Shown here: one piece after another, positions 52,904-57,029 of the stretch
Layout: each line of letters begins with the position of its first letter
Numbering within the stretch: the stretch's first letter is position 1
IMG/VR virus record: IMGVR_UViG_3300043425_000238
Span: 1 to 57,029 of that record
Reading direction: 5' to 3' (one strand)
DNA from: a virus
Lineage: Duplodnaviria; Caudoviricetes
DNA length: 57,029 nt
Program-made: the position numbers and the translations under genes
Notes under the pieces: generated by a model
What the model saw: only the letters and a program-made list of their open reading frames with translations
What the model was told of the DNA's origin: nothing
The model's database searches: none

Positions 52904-54781
52904 TTATTTTTCCTCTGTTTTCTTGCGATAACCACCAGTTTCAATCTTAGAAATACGAGCACTGCGGTAGTCAGCTGCTTCTTCAAGTGCTTTGGCAGCA
53001 CGCTTCATGATAGCTTTACGAACATCCTTGTTAGCTGAACCTAGGCCACCAAGTTCTTGCAATGCACGACGTTCGCCTTCAGTTGGGTTACCACCAAATG
53101 TTGTTTTCAAGCTACCAACCACGTTTTGACCAATCAAGTTTTCTAACTCTTCAGTTGCTTTCACGCGTGGATCGTTAGGGTTAGTTTGTTTAAGCTTCTT
53201 ATACTGTGCTTGATCTGCTGCAGTATTAGTAAAGGCTTGGTCAACATAGCTAAGAGCAGTGTTAAGGTTCTTAATAGTAGACTTGGCAGCAAACATAGCA
53301 TCTTCGTCATCGCGGATTGCTTTGCGTTCATCTGGTTCAAGTTTAATTGCTTCTCGTTGTGCTTTTTCTTGTTGAATACCAAGGTTAGCCAAGGCAATGT
53401 TACCTGTTTGCAACTGAGCTTTAATTGCGCCAATAGTTTTCTCAATCTCCAAGTTAACTTGTTTGTCAACTTCTTCTTGATATTCCTTGGTGCCAGGTGT
53501 AAGACCTTTATCTTTAGCAATCTTACCAGCGTTAGACTGAGGTTTGCCTGAGTCAATAAGCTCTTTAACTTGTGCTTTAATAAACTCGCGACGATCCTTG
53601 TTAGCTTCAGACTGAAGACCAAGTAATGTTTTCTCTGTATCCTTAGCAGCTTCAAGAGCCAACTCTTGTTTCTTCATGGCAATGTCAGCAGCAAGTTTAC
53701 GTTTAGCTGTGCCTGATATGCGTTCTTCTTTCTTAGTCTCAGCCATTGCACCAGCAGCCTGAGCTAGACCTTCGCCAAAAGCGCCTGTCTTAGAAGGTGT
53801 GCCAAAGGCAGCAGCAAGACGGAAGTACATCTCTGCTTTAGAAGGACCGCCATCAGCTGACGTCATCAATGAATCAAGTGTTTTACCAAATGCTGCTTCA
53901 CTAGCTTTGCGATCTGCTCTTGCTTGTTTTAACTCAGGGCTATAATCAACGTCTGAGGTATATTGTGCAAGCAACGCATTTAACGCTGGGTTAGATGTAG
54001 CAGATGTAGGCATAGCCATAGGAGCTTGACTAGGAACATATCCACCACCAGTTGGTTCTACTTGACCAGTAGCAACTGGCATAAAGTTAGGTGCCATAGT
54101 TTGTTGCATGTCTGGTACTTGAATAGGAGCGTAAGCGTATGGATCCTCTTCTTTTTCACCGCCTTCAGCGTAGCCTTTAACCATACCGCCTCGAGCAAAT
54201 CCACCGCGAACAGAGTTTCCTACCTTAAATGGATCACTGCCCATACCTGCCATAGAGAGACCTCCTAAAGATCCGCCAAACAATTGTGGCTTCATGCCAA
54301 TGTTACGACCGTATTCGTCCCATTCGTATAAGCGTGGGTCATATTCGTATTGCAAGCGATAGCCAGGTTCTTTCACATCTTTGTAAACGTATTTAGCACC
54401 TTGGTCGCCGCCTAGCATACCTAAATTTTTGTAAGGCTCGCCGCTAGCAGTGTATACTCCACTTTCCGGCATACCAAAACCAGCAGGTTGAAAACTGCCC
54501 ATCGTACCGCCCGCCATTCCCATAGGAACCAGCTGACGAGTCGTAGTGTCTGGCACATCTTCTTCCCACTTACCTTCGCCTTCTAAGTATTTAAGTGGGT
54601 AGCCTTTGTAGTAGTATTTTTCTTTAGTGATCTTAGGACGATTAGCTAAAGCTTCTTCGTAAGCTTTTAAGTTAGCTTCATGCGCAGGAACGTTACCGCC
54701 TGTAGCGTAGCCTTGAGCAGGTTGTGGTAAATACTGACCGTAGTCAGCCATCACCCTATCTAATAAAGGATTGTAAGCCAT
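52904..54781 (-). CDS. Putative internal virion/ejection protein (625 aa)
   Basis: Three (Y/F)AxGG motifs, long coiled coil, FGGNPTEGER C-terminal motif. Confidence 0.6.
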   Translation of the reverse strand: MAYNPLLDRVMADYGQYLPQPAQGYATGGNVPAHEANLKAYEEALANRPKITKEKYYYKGYPLKYLEGEGKWEEDVPDTTTRQLVPMGMAGGTMGSFQPAGFGMPESGVYTASGEPYKNLGMLGGDQGAKYVYKDVKEPGYRLQYEYDPRLYEWDEYGRNIGMKPQLFGGSLGGLSMAGMGSDPFKVGNSVRGGFARGGMVKGYAEGGEKEEDPYAYAPIQVPDMQQTMAPNFMPVATGQVEPTGGGYVPSQAPMAMPTSATSNPALNALLAQYTSDVDYSPELKQARADRKASEAAFGKTLDSLMTSADGGPSKAEMYFRLAAAFGTPSKTGAFGEGLAQAAGAMAETKKEERISGTAKRKLAADIAMKKQELALEAAKDTEKTLLGLQSEANKDRREFIKAQVKELIDSGKPQSNAGKIAKDKGLTPGTKEYQEEVDKQVNLEIEKTIGAIKAQLQTGNIALANLGIQQEKAQREAIKLEPDERKAIRDDEDAMFAAKSTIKNLNTALSYVDQAFTNTAADQAQYKKLKQTNPNDPRVKATEELENLIGQNVVGSLKTTFGGNPTEGERRALQELGGLGSANKDVRKAIMKRAAKALEEAADYRSARISKIETGGYRKKTEEK

Positions 54782-54783
54782 AG

Positions 54784-55677
54784 TTATGTTCCTAATGCTT
54801 TAGAAGTGAAGTACGCAGATGCAATTTGTGACAGTGGGCTAGGTGCAAACTGTGTAGTAGCACCAACTTGGTTAGTTGTTGTAGGTACAGCAGCAGGTGG
54901 CAAACCACGTAAAGTTGTAGACATAGCATTGATTTGCTGCTGTGGGAATTGCATTTGATTTACAAAGTCTTGGTAAGCTACGTCTAAACCGCGCTGTTGT
55001 TGACCTTGTTGTTCTGCACCAATTGATTGTAATTGAGCAGCGTCTGAAGCAGATAAACCTTGACGTAACTTAGCAAGTTCTGCAGTCTGGCCAAGGGCTG
55101 CTTGTTGACGTTGTAGGTCAGCTTGACTAGCACCTAGGGCTTGAGTGTATCCTTGTTGCAGAGCGTTAGCTTGTTGGTTCAAGATAGATTCTTGAGTATC
55201 TCGAACAGCGCGGTTACCAAACTCGCCCATGCGAGAACCGCCAAACGAACCAGCTCTGATAAACTGGTCAGAGACGCCAGGTAACAAGTTTTCTGTTAAG
55301 TTACGAGCACCAAGTTTAGCAATCTGATCAGTTACAGCTTGATTGTATGGGTTCATGTAGTTGCCTACGTTAGCGTAAGAACCAGTCCCAGCTAAGTTTT
55401 GTGTCCCTGTGATTGCTGATGTTACTGGCTGCTCAAATTGACCAATTGACTGGCCAACTACGTCGTATGCTCGCTGCGTAGGAGCCGTAGTTTGCGCAAT
55501 ACGGGGTAATTGGTATTGTTGGTAAGGCAAAGCTGATACAGCACGTTGCTGACTAAACAAGTCAACGGTATAGTCTTGCAGCCACTTAGGTACATCTGAT
55601 GTTGAAGTGGTATAAGATGGCGCTGCCTGAGGCGTGCCTTGAAATAATCCAGATAGTGCGTCTGTCCAAGAGGCCAT
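54784..55677 (-). CDS. Putative ejection/DNA-pilot protein (297 aa)
   Basis: P.W...Y, YMNPY...V, AG.FGGSR, GY.QA, Gln-rich helices. Confidence 0.6.
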   Translation of the reverse strand: MASWTDALSGLFQGTPQAAPSYTTSTSDVPKWLQDYTVDLFSQQRAVSALPYQQYQLPRIAQTTAPTQRAYDVVGQSIGQFEQPVTSAITGTQNLAGTGSYANVGNYMNPYNQAVTDQIAKLGARNLTENLLPGVSDQFIRAGSFGGSRMGEFGNRAVRDTQESILNQQANALQQGYTQALGASQADLQRQQAALGQTAELAKLRQGLSASDAAQLQSIGAEQQGQQQRGLDVAYQDFVNQMQFPQQQINAMSTTLRGLPPAAVPTTTNQVGATTQFAPSPLSQIASAYFTSKALGT

Positions 55678-56811
55678 TATTTTACCCCTCCTTTCAAATA
55701 TGCTAATGGTGACTTAGCGTCTGGGCTAAACTTACCCTTGGCTAAGGACTTACCTTTTTGTTTACGAAGTTGTTCGCGCATTTGGTCAAGAGCAGAAGCT
55801 CCAGCCTTGGTGCTACCGTTACCCAGCAACGCTACGGTTTCAGCATCGATCACGTATTCACCATCAGACAATCTGGCGTTTATTGTATCACTTCTGCCGT
55901 GACCTGTACCACGCGCTAGCATAGCTACATTTGACAATGCTCCGCCTTTAGCCATCGCAGTTTGAGGCGTTGTGATAGTAGGATTCATAAAGTTAACGCC
56001 AATACCACGTTGAATACGGTCCATCAATTCAGTATATTCAGGGGTGCCTGATTGAGGTAGCGTTGTAGTATTCCAACGTGCTGTATAGTCAGTTAACTCA
56101 CGATTCATTGCTGCTTTTTGTTCTTCTGTTAACCCAGCATTTTGGATTGCCATTTGTGCATCAGGGATTGACATGCCACCAAGTGCATTTAGTGCTGTCA
56201 AACCTGTTAATACGTTACCAGCAGAAATTCCTGAACCAAACAATCCAGTACTTGGCGCAGCTCCTGCTACGTTACCTGCATTTGCAGCAGCGGTGCTGCC
56301 ACTACCCAAGTTTGTTAGAATGTTTCCGGTTGAATCTTTAATCGCAGCGCCTGGATCAAAAGTACCTAAGTTAACGCCAGGACCTGTTGCATTAGCCAAG
56401 TTAACTCCTGCTCCGCCTGCTGGAACATTACCCAAGTTAATACCTGTACCACCAGCTTGAGATGAGAACACTCCGCCAGGTCCAGTCAAATAGTTCTTAG
56501 CGCTGCCAACCAAACCTTCAACGGTAGGTGCCATAGCTGACATACCGCCTGCCATTAAAGCACCAGGCAAGAATCCTTTACCTAAAACAGTAGAACCTAG
56601 ACCGCCGAGGACTGTAGAACCTAATGTAGCAGGGCTAATTACGCTTGTTAGCGCGTTACCGATACTAGATGGCAGCATGCTAGTTATGCCAGAACCTACA
56701 GTTTTAGAGAAGCCTCCTAGTACGCCACCAGGAGCTAAACCACCGCTAAGACCACCTAAGATAGCACCTTTTAAACCACCACCGTCCATGGCACCTAGAC
56801 CAGCACCAACT
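55677..56811 (-). CDS. 3' part of junction-spanning ejection protein
   Basis: Gly-rich hydrophobic region and C-terminal G.G.GRSD.I.ARLSDGEYVIDAETV..LGNGS..AGA..L..MR domain. Confidence 0.8.
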
Positions 56812-57029
56812 GCTGCACCAGCCCAAGGACCACCGATCGCAGTAGCTGCAATAGGTAAAGCAATCTTAGCTACTGATTTAAAGACCTTACCAATAGACTT
56901 AAGAATACCTTTTTTAAATTCATGCAAACCAGTGTTAGTGTTAATCGTGCCAGTACCGCCCATACGACGTAAGACTTCTGCTTCACGTGGATTGATATGG
57001 GCCAACATTGTGTCACCGCCACGGCCTTG
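56812..57029. repeat. Terminal direct repeat (copy 2)
   Basis: Matches 1-218 with one mismatch. Confidence 0.95.

Noticed and set aside
1326-56460. Plus-strand ORFs in the track (e.g. 9526..10074, 13499..13924, 23209..23652)
   Set aside because: They lie antisense to well-supported minus-strand genes or inside the non-coding elements, mirror those genes' codon bias, and lack recognisable motifs.
56812-57029. Biological fixed terminal repeat
   Set aside because: The repeat lies in the middle of a gene, which fits assembly overlap of a circular or permuted genome better; it cannot be fully excluded without reads.
1-57029. Stop-codon reassignment
   Set aside because: Core genes are intact in the standard code, and TAA, TAG and TGA all end genes at sensible boundaries.

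Overview
The window is almost certainly a complete, circularly closable lytic tailed-phage genome of about 56,811 bp. Positions 1-218 repeat 56812-57029 with one mismatch, and one gene runs across the junction. All credible genes are on the minus strand. The virion module is podovirus-like: TerS/TerL, a large composite protein, portal, GroES, scaffold, Mu-gpT-like capsid, adaptors, several fibre and chaperone cassettes, lysis genes, a P22 gp10-like tail protein and putative ejection proteins. The replication module (31.8-50.3 kb) has SNF2 and UvrD helicases, SSB, an AEP-type primase and PolA. The most interesting part is a DNA base-modification operon at 38.1-43.9 kb. It joins a close homologue of T4 gp42 dCMP hydroxymethylase (cytosine-specific Asp retained) to enzyme types known from thymidine hypermodification: an aGPT-PPlase/5-hmdU-kinase-like helical protein and a fold-type II PLP enzyme. 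It also encodes a protein that appears to fuse the N-terminal domain of T4 beta-glucosyltransferase to an SGNH acyltransferase/esterase domain, and a dNMP kinase-UDG fusion. Together these suggest a non-glucose hypermodification of hydroxymethylcytosine, or a new route to hmdU. Two diverged ~200-bp iteron-rich elements in inverted orientation bracket the whole replication module. All family assignments come from motif recognition by eye and recalled sequences; no database searches were run.
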